Source: Anthoceros angustus
Lineage: Eukaryota > Plantae > Anthocerotophyta
Direction: 5' to 3'
Assembly: GCA_010909165.1 (NCBI GenBank)
Contig: VJWM01000019.1
Location: 806,001 to 870,000 of the forward strand
DNA length: 64,000 nt
Shown here: piece by piece, positions 12,672-24,076 of the stretch
Layout of the letters: each line of letters starts with the position of its first letter
How positions within the stretch are numbered: the first letter of the stretch is position 1
The notes under the pieces: generated by a model
What the model was told of the DNA's origin: nothing
Database searches by the model: none
The model's input: the letters and a program-made list of their open reading frames with translations, nothing else
Program-made: the position numbers and the translations under genes

Positions 12672-13539
12672 ACCTTATACACAGCAGCAAAACGGGGTGG
12701 CTGAACGCAAAAATCAAACACTTATGGGAATGACTCGCAGCATGCTCACATGGTCAGGTTTGTCCAAGCGTTTTTGGGCAGAAGCCATTGTTGCTGCAAC
12801 TTATATATTAAACAGGGTCTTGACAAAGTCTCTGCCAGGTTCGACTCCGTACGAGTCCTTCTGGGGTAGAAAACCTAGTCTGCTGCATCTAAGAGTTTTT
12901 GGATCTCCTGCGTATGCCTACATTCCAAGACAGAAACGTAGAAAGTTAGATGACAGGGCAAAGGCCCTGATATTCTTAGGCTACTCTGAGGAAACTAAGG
13001 CGTATAAATTATATGATCCTAAAACTTCTAAGATTACCTTGGCAAGGAGTGTAACTTTTGATGAGCTGTCCTCACCGCGTGAGGGATCCCAAGCACATGT
13101 TGAGGAGGTTACCTCAGAATTGCCACTAAAAGGTGGTGATCTTTTCACACCTGCAGAAGACAGAGCTCCTGTTCAACAGCAAAACTTTCAGAATCCTGAT
13201 AAGGTAGAAGATGATGATCTAGATATTTACCAGGCTCATGAGTTCCCAGTGTCGGATGGAGAACAAATGGATGCCGGCAATGGTAACATACATGACTTCT
13301 TCGCTGAGGACTCCAATGATGAGCGATCAGTGGGAGCAGTTGGAGACTGTTCAGAGAGTGAAGGCTCTTTTGCATCACAGCATTCTGATGACCTACTCTC
13401 TGACATTGAACCAGATGTTGTTCCACAGAACCAACCGCCTCTAGAACCTGATCCACCACGTTATCCTGCACGTGAGAGACGTACTCGTGAAAACTGGTTG
13501 GAAAAACCATATGAATCCGTTGACTTTAGGCAAATGTGA
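12672..13539 (+). CDS. Copia-1 integrase C-half and linker
   Basis: QQNGVAERKNQTLMGMTRSML, FWAEA, LRVFGSPAY, KLDDRAKALIFLGYS, YKLYD. Confidence 0.93.
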
Positions 13540-16500
13540 GTTCATGACGATGTGAGGCGACCCACAATCTTTTCTCAAAACCGAATGGACACGATGGTGA
13601 CAAGTGGAGACAATCCATTGATGACGAGTATAATTCTTTGATGAAGAATCAAACATGGGAGCTTGTGGACTGCCACTGTGACGCAAGCCTATCACCGCAA
13701 ATGGGTTTTCAAAACCAAACTCCATGCGGTATGCAGTTGCCGTTATAAGTCAAGATTAGTTGCCGGAGGGTTCACCAAATACATTGGACTATGGGGATAC
13801 CTTTTCTCCGTAGTTAAACCACCGTCATTAGGATACTTGCAATGGCGGTGAGTTTGACTTGGAAGTGCATCAAATGGATGTGCGCACGTTTCTTCACGGT
13901 GAACTTGAAGAGATCCCATACATGTTCCAACGAGGGCTTTGTTAGTAAAAAATGGCCTAAAAAGGTGTGCAAGTTGCTCAAAACCTTGTATGGCCTGAAG
14001 CAAAGCCCCAGGGCATGGTACAAACGGATTGTCAAGTTCTTGAAGAAGCTTGGTTTCATACAGTCCCCTGCAGACTCAAATGTTTTCTTCTTTGCTGATG
14101 GCAGCATGTTTGTCATCTTGGCCCTCTATGTGGATGATGCCATTCTTGTTACCAATGACACATCACTGCTCACCAGGGTCAAGAACATGCTTCGATCTGA
14201 ATTTGAAATGACAGATCAAGGTGAGCTGCATTACGCTTGGGAATTCAAATTCTTAGACAACGTGAGCTGGGCACCATAATCATGCATCAAACAAAGTATA
14301 TTAAGGAAATACTCAAGTGGTTTCATCTTGATGAAGCGCGTCCAGTAACCACACCTTCGGCAGTGGGAGAGAAACTAACCATGGGCACCTCGTAGTTCAA
14401 TTGATGTTTCGACATGGCTGTCCCTTATGCAAGCCGTTGGTTGCTTGATTTTCTAGCTAATCGACACGCCCAGACATCTCATATCTTTGTGAGTCTTGTA
14501 TCCCAATTTCTTAAGTCACCGGCGAGCTCATCGGGCAGCGGTTAAACGACATATATAGGTATTTGAAAGGAACGTTGACATGGGGATTACACTACACAGC
14601 TAGTGGGGATAAGAAGTTTGTACTTACCTCCTTTGCCGATGCAGTTGGGCATCGACACACGTAAAAGTCTCGACATTGAACCGGATGTTGTTCCACGTAA
14701 CCAACCGCCTCGAACACGATCCACCACGTTATCCCACCGTGAGAGGCGTACTAAATGGCGGTTGGAAAAACCATATGAATCCGTTGACTTTAGGCAAATG
14801 TGACGAGGGTTACATGCGATGTGAGGCGACCCACAATCTTTTTACGAAACCGAATGGACTCGATGGTGACAAGTGGAGACAATCCATTGATGAGTATAAT
14901 TCTTTGATGAAGAATCAAACATGGGAGCTTGTGGACACCGCCACAAGCCTATCACCGTACAAATGGGTTTTCAAAACCAAACTCCATGCGAGATGATGTT
15001 GCCGTTATAAGTCAAGATTAGTTGCCGGAGGGTTCACCAAATACGGATTGGACTATGGGGATACCTTTTCTCCCAGTTAAACCAAATACATTAGGATACT
15101 TGCAATGGCGGTGAGTTTGACTTAGAAGTGCATCAAATGGATGTTCCAGGCGTTTCTTCACGGTGAACTTGAAGAGATCCCATACATGTTCCAACCGAGG
15201 GCTTTGTTAGTAAAAATGGCCTAAAAGGTGTGTTGCTCAAAACCTTGTATGGCTCAAAACCCGCATGGTACAAACGGATTGTCAAGTTCTTGAAGAAGCT
15301 TGGTTTCATCTGATCCTTGAGACTCAAATGTTTTCTTCTTTCGATGGCGGATGTTTGTCATCTTGGCCTCTATGTGGATGATGCCATTCTTGTTACCAAT
15401 GACACATCACGCTCACTGTGGTCAAGAACATGATCTGAATTTGAAATGATGATCAAGGTGAGCTGCTCGCTTGGGAATTCAAATTCTTAGACAACGTGAG
15501 CTGGGCACCATAATCATGCATCAAACAAAGTATATTAAGGAAATACTCAAGAGGTTTCATCTTGATGAAGCGTCGATAACCACACCTTGGCAAGGTGGGA
15601 AACTAACCATGAGCAGTCACCTCGAGTTCAATTGATGTTTCGACATGGTCGTCCCTTATGCGAAGCCGTTGGTTGCTTGATTTTCCTAGCTAATCGACAC
15701 GCCCAGACATCTCATATCTTTGTGAGTCTTGTATCCCAATTTCTTAAGTCACCGGCGAGCTCCAGGCGTGGTTAAACGACATATAGGTATTTGAAAGGAA
15801 CGTTGACATGGGGATTACACTACAGCTAGTGGGGATAAGAAGTTTGTACTTACCTCCTTTGCCGATGCAGTTGGGCAGGATTCGACACACGTAAAAGTCA
15901 TCGACATCTTGCTTTCTCTTAGTGTCCGTGCAGAATTGAGCCGTAAGAAGCAAGCGTCGTTAGCTCATCTTCTTGGGCGGTATAAGGCATTGACGGATGC
16001 ATGTAAAGAAGCGTAATGGGAGCGCCAATTCTTGGAGTCAATCAAACAAACATGATTGGAGCCACTCAACTTAGGTGTGATAACATGTCTATTGCACTCG
16101 TCTCAATCCCGGTTCCATGCGAGGACCAAGCATATAGAATCGTACCACCATTATATAAGAGACGTTCGAGAGAGGGTGGTCAAGAACATGATCTGAATTT
16201 GAAATGATGATCAAGGTGAGCTGCTCGCTTGGGAATTCAAATTCTTAGACAACGTGAGCTGGGCACCATAATCATGCATCAAACAAAGTATATTAAGGAA
16301 ATACTCAAGAGGTTTCATCTTGATGAAGCGTCGATAACCACACCTTGGCAAGGTGGGAAACTAACCATGAGCAGTCACCTCGAGTTCAATTGATGTTTCG
16401 ACATGGCCGTCCCTTATGCGAAGCCGTTGGTTGCTTGATTTTCCTAGCTAATCGACACGCCCAGACATCTCATATCTTTGTGAGTCTTGTATCCCAATTT

Positions 16501-17030
16501 CTTAAGTCACCGGCGAGCTCCAGGCGTGGTTAAACGACATATAGGTATTTGAAAGGAACGTTGACATGGGGATTACACTACAGCTAGTGGGGATAAGAAG
16601 TTTGTACTTACCTCCTTTGCCGATGCAGTTGGGCAGGATTCGACACACGTAAAAGTCATCGACATCTTGCTTTCTCTTAGTGTATCGTGCGATAAATTGG
16701 TAGCAAAGCAAGCGTCGTTAGCTCATCTTCTCAAGGCAGTATAAGGCATTGGATGCATGTAAAGAAGCGTAATGGGAGCGCCAATTCTTGGAGTCAATCA
16801 AACAAACATGCATTGGAGCCACTCAACTTAGGTGTGACAACATGTCCGCTATTGCACTCGTCTCAATCCCGGTTCCATGCGAGGACCAAGCATATAGAAC
16901 CACCATTATATAAGAGACGTTCTTTGAGAGAGGGGGCTGGTCAAGGTGGAATACGTTAACATCAAGACAACATGCAGATCTGTTCACAAAGGGCGAAGTT
17001 CAAACATTACAAACACATGGCAGCCCTTGG
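13540..17030 (+). pseudogene. Copia-1 reverse transcriptase / RNase H, partly triplicated and frameshifted
   Basis: KWVFKTK, YKSRLVAGG, LYGLKQSPRAW, LYVDD, EAVGCLIFL and RTKHI. Segments restart at approx 14669 (repeat of approx 13400) and approx 16180 (repeat of approx 15420). Confidence 0.9.
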
Positions 17031-17300
17031 CTGCGAGTTTAAAGTCACTCCTAAACCCACCTAAATCCTACTCCAGCCCGGCGGTGGGAGCAAGAGCTAT
17101 CAAAAATGTTGGCGAAAGTGTGTGAGTCACAGGCTCACACGGATGTCCCGAGATCGGTCCTCTTGACTTTTGCCTCACCGCCAACCTGCACATGAGAGGA
17201 GTTTAGGGTTAGGGGAGTGATGAGAACAACAAATTCAAGTGAGCAGACAAGCACAGTGGATGAAGCCTGAGAGTTTAATCTAAACGTGTGCTACTCACAG

Positions 17301-17897
17301 TCACAACAAAAACAAATGTAACGAGGAAAACCAGAGAGGAGGAACTGGCCTGGTATGCTCCTGCTTGGTACCAGATGGTTTTTCTCCCTTTGCCTCCTGT
17401 TCGTCCGTCGAGCAAGGTAGAGGGATGCGCCCATCTGCAAGCAGTGCTTCCAGCTCAGCCATTCTCTCGTTTATGACCCGTATCTTCGCAACCAGGACTT
17501 CATGCGGGCAAGGGTCGTTGTCGGCGTTTGCTGTATCCTCCTTGGTCACACCAGCGGAAGGCAGTGAGCTGTTCAGCTGGGAGCCCAGAACTGTTTCTGA
17601 GCTTGTAGCTGTGTGAGAGTGAGTGGATTCCTCACTCTTCACCTTCCCAATGGTGAACATGGCCCGTGAGATTATGGTCAGAGCCGCCATGGCCTGATCG
17701 TCGAAGACAGGGAGCTCAGTCACTGCGGGTTGAGCTGCTTCAGTCCTCTTCGGCGCCGCCACCTTTCTTCGCACCACGCTTTGTTCTCTGTTGGCCTCTA
17801 CTCCCGCTGGCGTCCTCATCGTGGGGACCGTGGTGAGTGGCGGCGCAATCGAGAGGGTAGTAGCGCTTATGCAGAGTATGCTCCGCTGCTGGAGCAC
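17301..17897 (-). CDS. Antisense ORF in the Copia-1 3' UTR, unknown function
   Basis: 198-codon open frame from the ORF track with a short amphipathic or coiled-coil stretch VLVAKIRVINERMAELEALL. First ATG is internal; no recognisable domain. Confidence 0.35.
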   Translation of the reverse strand: MLQQRSILCISATTLSIAPPLTTVPTMRTPAGVEANREQSVVRRKVAAPKRTEAAQPAVTELPVFDDQAMAALTIISRAMFTIGKVKSEESTHSHTATSSETVLGSQLNSSLPSAGVTKEDTANADNDPCPHEVLVAKIRVINERMAELEALLADGRIPLPCSTDEQEAKGEKPSGTKQEHTRPVPPLWFSSLHLFLL

Positions 17898-17988
17898 AGC
17901 TGTGGTTGCGATGGCGGCGGATAGTGGAGTAACGGGGTCTAGGGTTTTCCGTTTCGTTAAGTAATGGTTTTTAACCTAAGTGTAGGTT

Positions 17989-17997
17989 AAGTGGGAG
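17989..17997 (+). promoter_or_regulatory. Polypurine tract of Copia-1
   Basis: AAGTGGGAG abutting the TG of the 3' LTR. Confidence 0.8.
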
Positions 17998-18172
17998 TGT
18001 TGAATAACGAAGGGTTATTTAATGTTTATAACCTACATTAGGGTTAAGTGTTTTAGGGTTACGAAAACACATTGTATATAAGACGCTTTGATTGCGATTA
18101 AATGTAGTAGTTGTTGTGTTCTTGCTTTCGTGTATTGTTTTAGTGTCTTGCACACATGCTCGTAAATTAGCA
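17998..18172 (+). repeat. Copia-1 3' LTR
   Basis: Identical to 1156-1330; followed by TSD TGTAT. Confidence 0.97.
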
Positions 18173-18300
18173 TGTATTTCCTCACCCGTATTCCACTCCT
18201 CAATACCGCTTCAAGCCCGCTACTGATCCCTGAACACAGCTCCATGAGGTGTATACCTCGCTCGTCAGGTTGCCACCGAATCACATCCGTATTGATCCTT
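18173..18300 (-). pseudogene. DNMT3-like methyltransferase N-terminus (motif I, SAM-binding)
   Basis: RGIHLMELCSGISSGLEAVLRSGIRVRKY (ELCSG at 18242-18228; compare DNMT3A [27 protein letters not shown]). Joins in frame to 1155 once the Copia and one TSD copy are removed. Confidence 0.88.
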
Positions 18301-18689
18301 AAAGCGGCGCTGTCTAAGGCTCCCAACCTGGGCAAGCATTTTTCCGGACACACATCGGTGGCACTGCCACACCTGCTTTGGCTTTGTCGGGTGAGCTCCG
18401 GCCAAAGCTTTCGATATGAGGGTTTTTACATACATACACCCACCGCTTTGACGCTCCTCCTGCTCCTCTTCCCGCACGAGTTCCTGAGTTTCTTCCCACA
18501 CCACTTGCCTGTGCACAACGTCAGCTGTACAGGCCGTGAATGCGATCATGCTGTCTGATCTCTCAGCATGTCGCCTCATATCAAGCGGGATCCTGGCCAC
18601 TTGTGTGAAGTCCCCATCCCGCCACTGCGGTCTATAAAATGCTTCTGAGTGCAACGGATCTACCCCCATTGCTGGGCCGTGCGTGGCAT

Positions 18690-18960
18690 CAGCCCCAAGC
18701 AGCACATCGTAATTCCTTGCGTTAGACACCAAGCAATGAACTTCGATGATAGAGGCATCTTTGTGCCTGGCTTGAACTCTATGCGTCTTGGCTCACGCAG
18801 TCATTCCCATCACCCGTTCCTTGGTTCCTGCGGATGTGGTAATGTGCACTTCACATGGCTTAAGCTTATCCCCATATAGCTGGAGAGCCTCTGTACCCGT
18901 GCCCAGCAACCGGGTCGCGCTTTGTATCTACCAACACATGTTCGGGCAAAGCCGTTGGCC
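18690..18960 (-). pseudogene. Retroviral-type aspartic protease (frameshifted)
   Basis: LPEHVLVDT (Asp at approx 18928) and downstream NYDVLLGA, located between gag and DNMT. Confidence 0.6.
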
Positions 18961-19299
18961 GTTACCTCCGACCTTGATTATTGACCATGGCAATGCCCCT
19001 TTGCCCGTGCTGGCCAGTGATCCCACGTGGTGGCGCATCCGGACACACAGTCGCGCCACCAGACTCCTTTTGTATCCGAGCCTTCATGGCACCTTAAGTT
19101 GCGTCTTGACTCCCGGATCACATAAGCTCATCACGGGCACATCCATCACCTTCTCGAGCATAAGTTCAGCACAGGGTGATTTCTCTTCAGACGTCCGTTC
19201 CTCCTGATCTTCTTCATACTGCCTAAAGGATTTGGGCATCTTGAGCTGATTCCTTTCCTCACCCTTCTTTCTTCGCACCGCTCCACCCAGGTCGACGCT

Positions 19300-20902
19300 A
19301 GTCCGTTCATCCTATGGTGACTTCGTGGCCATTAGCGCATACACCTCTGGATCCGAATCATAATCCTCAGTGATAGCTACCGAGCTTCCCCCCGTGCTTA
19401 CACTCATGGCTAGTTTTCTTGCGGCTGCACCTCAGCAGCGGCGTGTACCCTCGTTGATTTTGCCTTGGCAGGCATCCGTTCCCCAACCCCTTTGGCTTAA
19501 ATTCGGGATGAGCACGCCAACATGCGCCTATGTCCGGTTTTGGCACGTTCGGCATTGCTCCTTCTCCTTCGTCCCCAACCCGATACTCACACTCGAAGGC
19601 CTTGCGGCCCCTAAGACATTTCACCGTGGCTTTGTTGGTGGTGGCTGATGGCCGCGTGCTCTTTGGGGAATTCGCGTGTTCACTGAGTGTGCCTGCGTGG
19701 TTCTTCCTTGAAACCTTGGGTTGTTCATGGCATCTTTCTTTGTCCTCTCACAGTTGTGCTCCTCCCGATAAGCACTTGTCATTCGCCCTTCATGACCCGT
19801 TCGGCCATCTCATAGGCTTGTTCTAGCTCGTAGTCGGCACCATGCATCATGTGCAGGAAATTAGCAATCACTCTTCTTTGTCTTCCCGGCAGGGCAGCGA
19901 TGTAGATCTGGGTGGCTTCCCGCATCGTCTTCACACGCGTGTCTTTCACCAGTTGCCTCAGCCTCAAATAGGCGGATCTTAGAGGTTCGTTGGGCTTGAT
20001 GGTGAACTTCGACAACTCCTGAATCTTCTCTATAGAGGCTACCGGAAACATTTCCGCGAATTTGGAGAACATTTCGTCTACAGTGCGTGATGGCATCGGT
20101 TGTGTGGGCCGGGCGACTCCTCCTCTCCATGCTTTCAACATCTTCTTGGCCATTCTTGCCGGCGAGCCCGCGCATCACAGATCGATCCTTGCGATCCGGT
20201 AGCAAGTCGATTGCCTCTCGCAAGCGTGCTCATCTTCCTTAGTGCCATTTCGGGCGTGAATTCGGACTTGTACTTGAGCACCATCTCATCGATTGCCCAC
20301 CTGAACTTTTCCTCAAAATCAGCCAGCGACATGCTGCCATGTCTGCCGGTGAACACATCATTTTTACTAGGCGCTATCTCGTATTCCATTCCGACTTCAC
20401 TACCACTCTCTTCAAATGCTATGGATCGGACGGGACTATACACCCTCTCAATCTGACCACTTGGCTTATGGGTAGGGATATTGTAGTGTGCGAGCTTCGA
20501 GTAGGAGTAAACTCGTTTGTCCACCTGCATTTAAACACCATTACCTTACCAATCCCTTCCTCTGCGAGAAACTATGTATGGCATGTCACCAAAGTTAGTG
20601 TTGGCTCCCCCTTCCGTCCAATCAGCCAACCGTGACAGTTTGTCAATTACTTCATCCCACAACCTCTGCCACAAATATGCGGGTTCTAGTTCTGCTAGGG
20701 CAGCTAAATGCAGAATGGACCGACCCGCATAAAACAACACCGAGTAGTCTACAGCACCCTCATCACAGTTCACCATGGACTTATCTGTATGCTCCACCGT
20801 CCTTCTGTGATGTCCTTGAGTTCCCTTCACAGCACCTCGCCTGGCTAAGTCGGCCACCTTTGTTGCGTGCGAGATCCAGCTCAAGGGATTGCTGATGTGC
20901 AA
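19300..20902 (-). pseudogene. Retrotransposon gag (copy linked to PR-DNMT), two Zn knuckles
   Basis: FEEKFRWAIDEMVLKYKSEFTPEMALRKMST, FPVASIEKIQELSKF...AYEMAERVMKG, KCLR..RKAFEC and C..HPEFKPKG. Confidence 0.75.
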
Positions 20903-21235
20903 AATTTCATTTCAGCTTGGATGTAGGATCCAACTCGCTCACCCACACTTCCCAAGAGCTATCGTGCAAGGAAACTTCGTTATGCTACGCTTGGGATCCG
21001 TATGGCTCTAGAACAAACATCGCAATCCGCCTTGCTCATTGCTTGCCATCTTATCGCTAAGTGCTTGGCGCGCCTTCTCTTGCGACCACGGGTGCCCTCG
21101 GCGGCCCTTGACACCCTCCACGAAAAGGCAGGCGTGCACTCCGTGCGCGGCTCAATAGTGCGCGCAATTACGGTGATCATGATTTTGACACCCGCTACCC
21201 ACCGCGATTTGTGGCCATCTCACAACCTCTGGGGC

Positions 21236-21655
21236 GCATGTCATTGCATGCACATCCAACATGCATGCCCACCATGCATGCATGCCCATAAGCGGACATA
21301 CATACCACATTCATGCACATACATGCACCCATACCTTCACATACCATTTCATCGTGGTGGCATGACACCTCCTTTGACCGACTAGGCCTTCCCGTCATCA
21401 ACGCAAACACATCTTCGTCGAGTCATATGCTTCCGCCGACGCATGTCATTGCATGCACATCCAACATGCATGCCCACCATGCATGCATGCCCATAAGCGG
21501 ACATACATACCACATTCATGCACATACATGCACCCACATACCCCTTCACATACCATTTCATCAGGGTGGCATGACACCTCCCCTTTTGACCTGACTAGGC
21601 CTTCCCGTCATCAACGCAAACACATCTTCGTCCGAGTCATATGCTTCTGCCGACG
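21236..21655. repeat. Two tandem copies of an approx 205-bp CATG-rich unit
   Basis: GCATGTCATTGCATGCACATCC starts at 21236 and again at 21441; dense CATG/TGCA content. Confidence 0.85.
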
Positions 21656-23260
21656 CACATGTATCTTTTTTGATGCTTACATTCATAGCCAGCTGCTCTT
21701 GCAGCCGCTGCACCTCACCAAGCAGTACCTTCCGAGTGTAGCTCACACCCGATTTCTGCTTGTCTATTGCTCGATCTCCTAGGCCCTTGGGCTTGAGTTC
21801 GGGATGAGCTTGCCAGCAAGCAGCTTCCGTGTGTCCGGTTTTGCCACATGCCCTACAAACTTCTTTCTCCTTTGACCCACCAACACGATGCTCACATTCA
21901 TACGCCTTGTGCGGCCCCTTGCATCGCAAACACTTTACGGATGTTTTGGAGCTCGCAGCACTGTGGGCTACTCGATCCTTTGACGGCGAGTCCTTGCGCT
22001 GAGTGTTCACTTGCACATGCTCGCGGTAATGGGACTTCACGTGCTGCTTATGGATGTTCGAAGTACTGGTATGCCCTCTGACCACATTGTGTTCCTCCCA
22101 GTAGGCATTGGTGACAGCATCCCCTTTCATAACTCTTTCGGCCATCTCGTAGGCCTGCTCCAACTCATAATCTGCCCCATGTAACATATGCAGAAAGTTG
22201 GCGATCACCCTTCTCTGTCTCCCTGGCAAGGCTGCAATGTATATTTGCGCTGCTTCCCTCATGGTTTTCACCTTGGTGTCTTTCACCAGCTGCTGCAATC
22301 GCAGATACGCAGATCTTAGGGGCTCATTTGGCTTGATCACAAACTTTGACACCTCTTGGATTTTTTCAATGGAAGCCACTGGAAACATCTCACCAAACTT
22401 CACGAACATTTCGTCCACCAGATAAGTGATGACCTCAGACTGAGATGAATCCGATGAGCCTAGTTCTTCATCGTCAACCTTGGAGACTTTCCTTGCCCAC
22501 TTCATTCGCAGCAAAGTATGAGCATCCTGCAAAATCTTTTCCTTACAATCACGATAGCAGGTTAAAGCTTCACCGGCCAGAAATGTGCTCATCTTTCTGA
22601 GTGCCATCTCAGGCGTGAATTCAGACTTGTATTTGAGCACCATCTCATCAATCGCTCACCTGAATTTCTCTTCAAAATCAGCAAAAGACATACTACCGTG
22701 TCTTCCCGTGAACACATCATTTTTGCTGGGCGCTGGTTCATACTCCATCCTGGCGCCACCACGACTCTCTTCAAAGTCAATGGATCTGATAGGAGTGTGA
22801 CTTCACTCAAACTGACCACCTGTCCGGCGGACTGAAGAGAGTTGTGTAACGGGATTGGGGGCTTCCGATATCGGTGTACTCTCGTTCGTCCAACCTGACC
22901 GTAGCAACACCATCACTGTCAATCCCTCCCCCTGCGAGAGACTATGTAAGGCATTCCGTCAAAGTTGGTGTCAGTTCCTTCCCGCGTCCAGTCCGCCAAC
23001 CATGCCGGCAGCCGATCACCTCATTCAGGCGTTGCCACCGTCGCGGCTCGGCTCCTGGCCCACTGAATGGATGCGCACGCCAGCAGTGAATAGTCCAAAG
23101 TGCTTTCACGGCAATCCACCATGGACTTATCTGTATGGTTCACCATCTTTGGATCATTGACTTCAGCGTCCTCTTCTCCGTTTTCCGCTCGAATCTCGGG
23201 CCTCTCTCTCGAACCCTTCGAGTCATGTCGCTACCTTGTGTGGCTTCACCAGCAGTGGGA
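21561..23260 (-). CDS. Second, divergent retrotransposon gag (360-aa intact part 22643-21561) with two Zn knuckles
   Basis: CLRCKGPHKAYEC and CRACGKTGHTEAAC. Protein is near-identical to the 19300-20902 gag over long blocks, with many synonymous nucleotide changes. Not followed by a protease within the window. Confidence 0.8.
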
Positions 23261-24076
23261 TTGTTGATGTGCAAAAATCCACTCTATTTGGAATGGTTCT
23301 CCTCTTATGCACACACCACTGCTTGAATCACACACAAGATACACAAAAACCGCTTGGGATCTGTATGGCTGTTCTCTTGAATCAGACATCAACAATCCAG
23401 GCCAATAGCGGATTGTTGGATTTTTAGCCTACACCGCCGCCGATATTAATCACCGAATTAGAAGTCGAAACGCCCGCACCGGAAGATCTTCGCCGTTGAG
23501 CCTTAATTACACTTGTCCGTATTCTGAGCATATGGCTCATGCAGCCATGATACCATCCTATCTCTACACACATGCTATGCATCATGCCATCACATTCCCA
23601 GTATACGCATGCAGTCATGGTTCATGCATCACCTCTCCTCACACACTTAAATGGAACCAAACCCCTTTGAACAGATACAACGAACTGAATGGTGATTTCT
23701 ATTTTATTTTAATCTTATACTTTAACCTTTATCGTTTCATACCTTTTTAGGGTTTAACCTCATACGTTTCATTTCGGACTCCGTTCCTAATGCCGTTGTT
23801 CTGGGCGTTTGTTATTATGTGTGTTCGTTATCATAGGTGTACATGTGCTTTAAAACTTGTGGGCGTTCAGTTAAGGATGGCTTTGATGGTTGTGAAAAGC
23901 CAAAAGTTTGAGATCCGTTCTTAAACCCGGTATTGTGGGTGTTCGCTTAAGGATGACTTTGATGTTTATCAACTGCCAGAAGTTGATATCCCCACAGATG
24001 TTATACCTTCCACTCTACTGCTAGCTTCGAAGTTGAACAGCACATTGATGGACCTTGGTGAGATCATCACATTCTA

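Larger units (their letters stand above)
1156..18172 (+). mobile_element. Ty1/Copia LTR retrotransposon (Copia-1) with a nested insertion and a duplicated RT region
   Basis: Identical 175-bp TG..CA LTRs, 5-bp TSD TGTAT (1151-1155 and 18173-18177), PBS TGGTATCGAG, PPT AAGTGGGAG, and domain order gag-PR-INT-RT-RH. Confidence 0.97.
1..21224 (-). mobile_element. Gypsy-type LTR retrotransposon encoding a C5 DNA methyltransferase (gag-PR-DNMT-RT...), interrupted by a Copia at 1156-18172; continues off the left edge
   Basis: Minus-strand order: gag with two Zn knuckles (approx 20900-19300), aspartic protease (approx 18960-18690), DNMT motifs I-X (18300-18173 plus 1155-340), then an open frame running to base 1 that resembles the pre-RT/RT start. 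A possible LTR start TGTGAGATGG lies at 21224 (minus). The partner LTR is outside the window, so the boundary is unconfirmed. Confidence 0.75.

Noticed and set aside
13400-17030. Copia with three RT domains as a novel architecture
   Set aside because: The copies are partial tandem duplications with microhomology junctions, like many others in the window, and may be artefactual.
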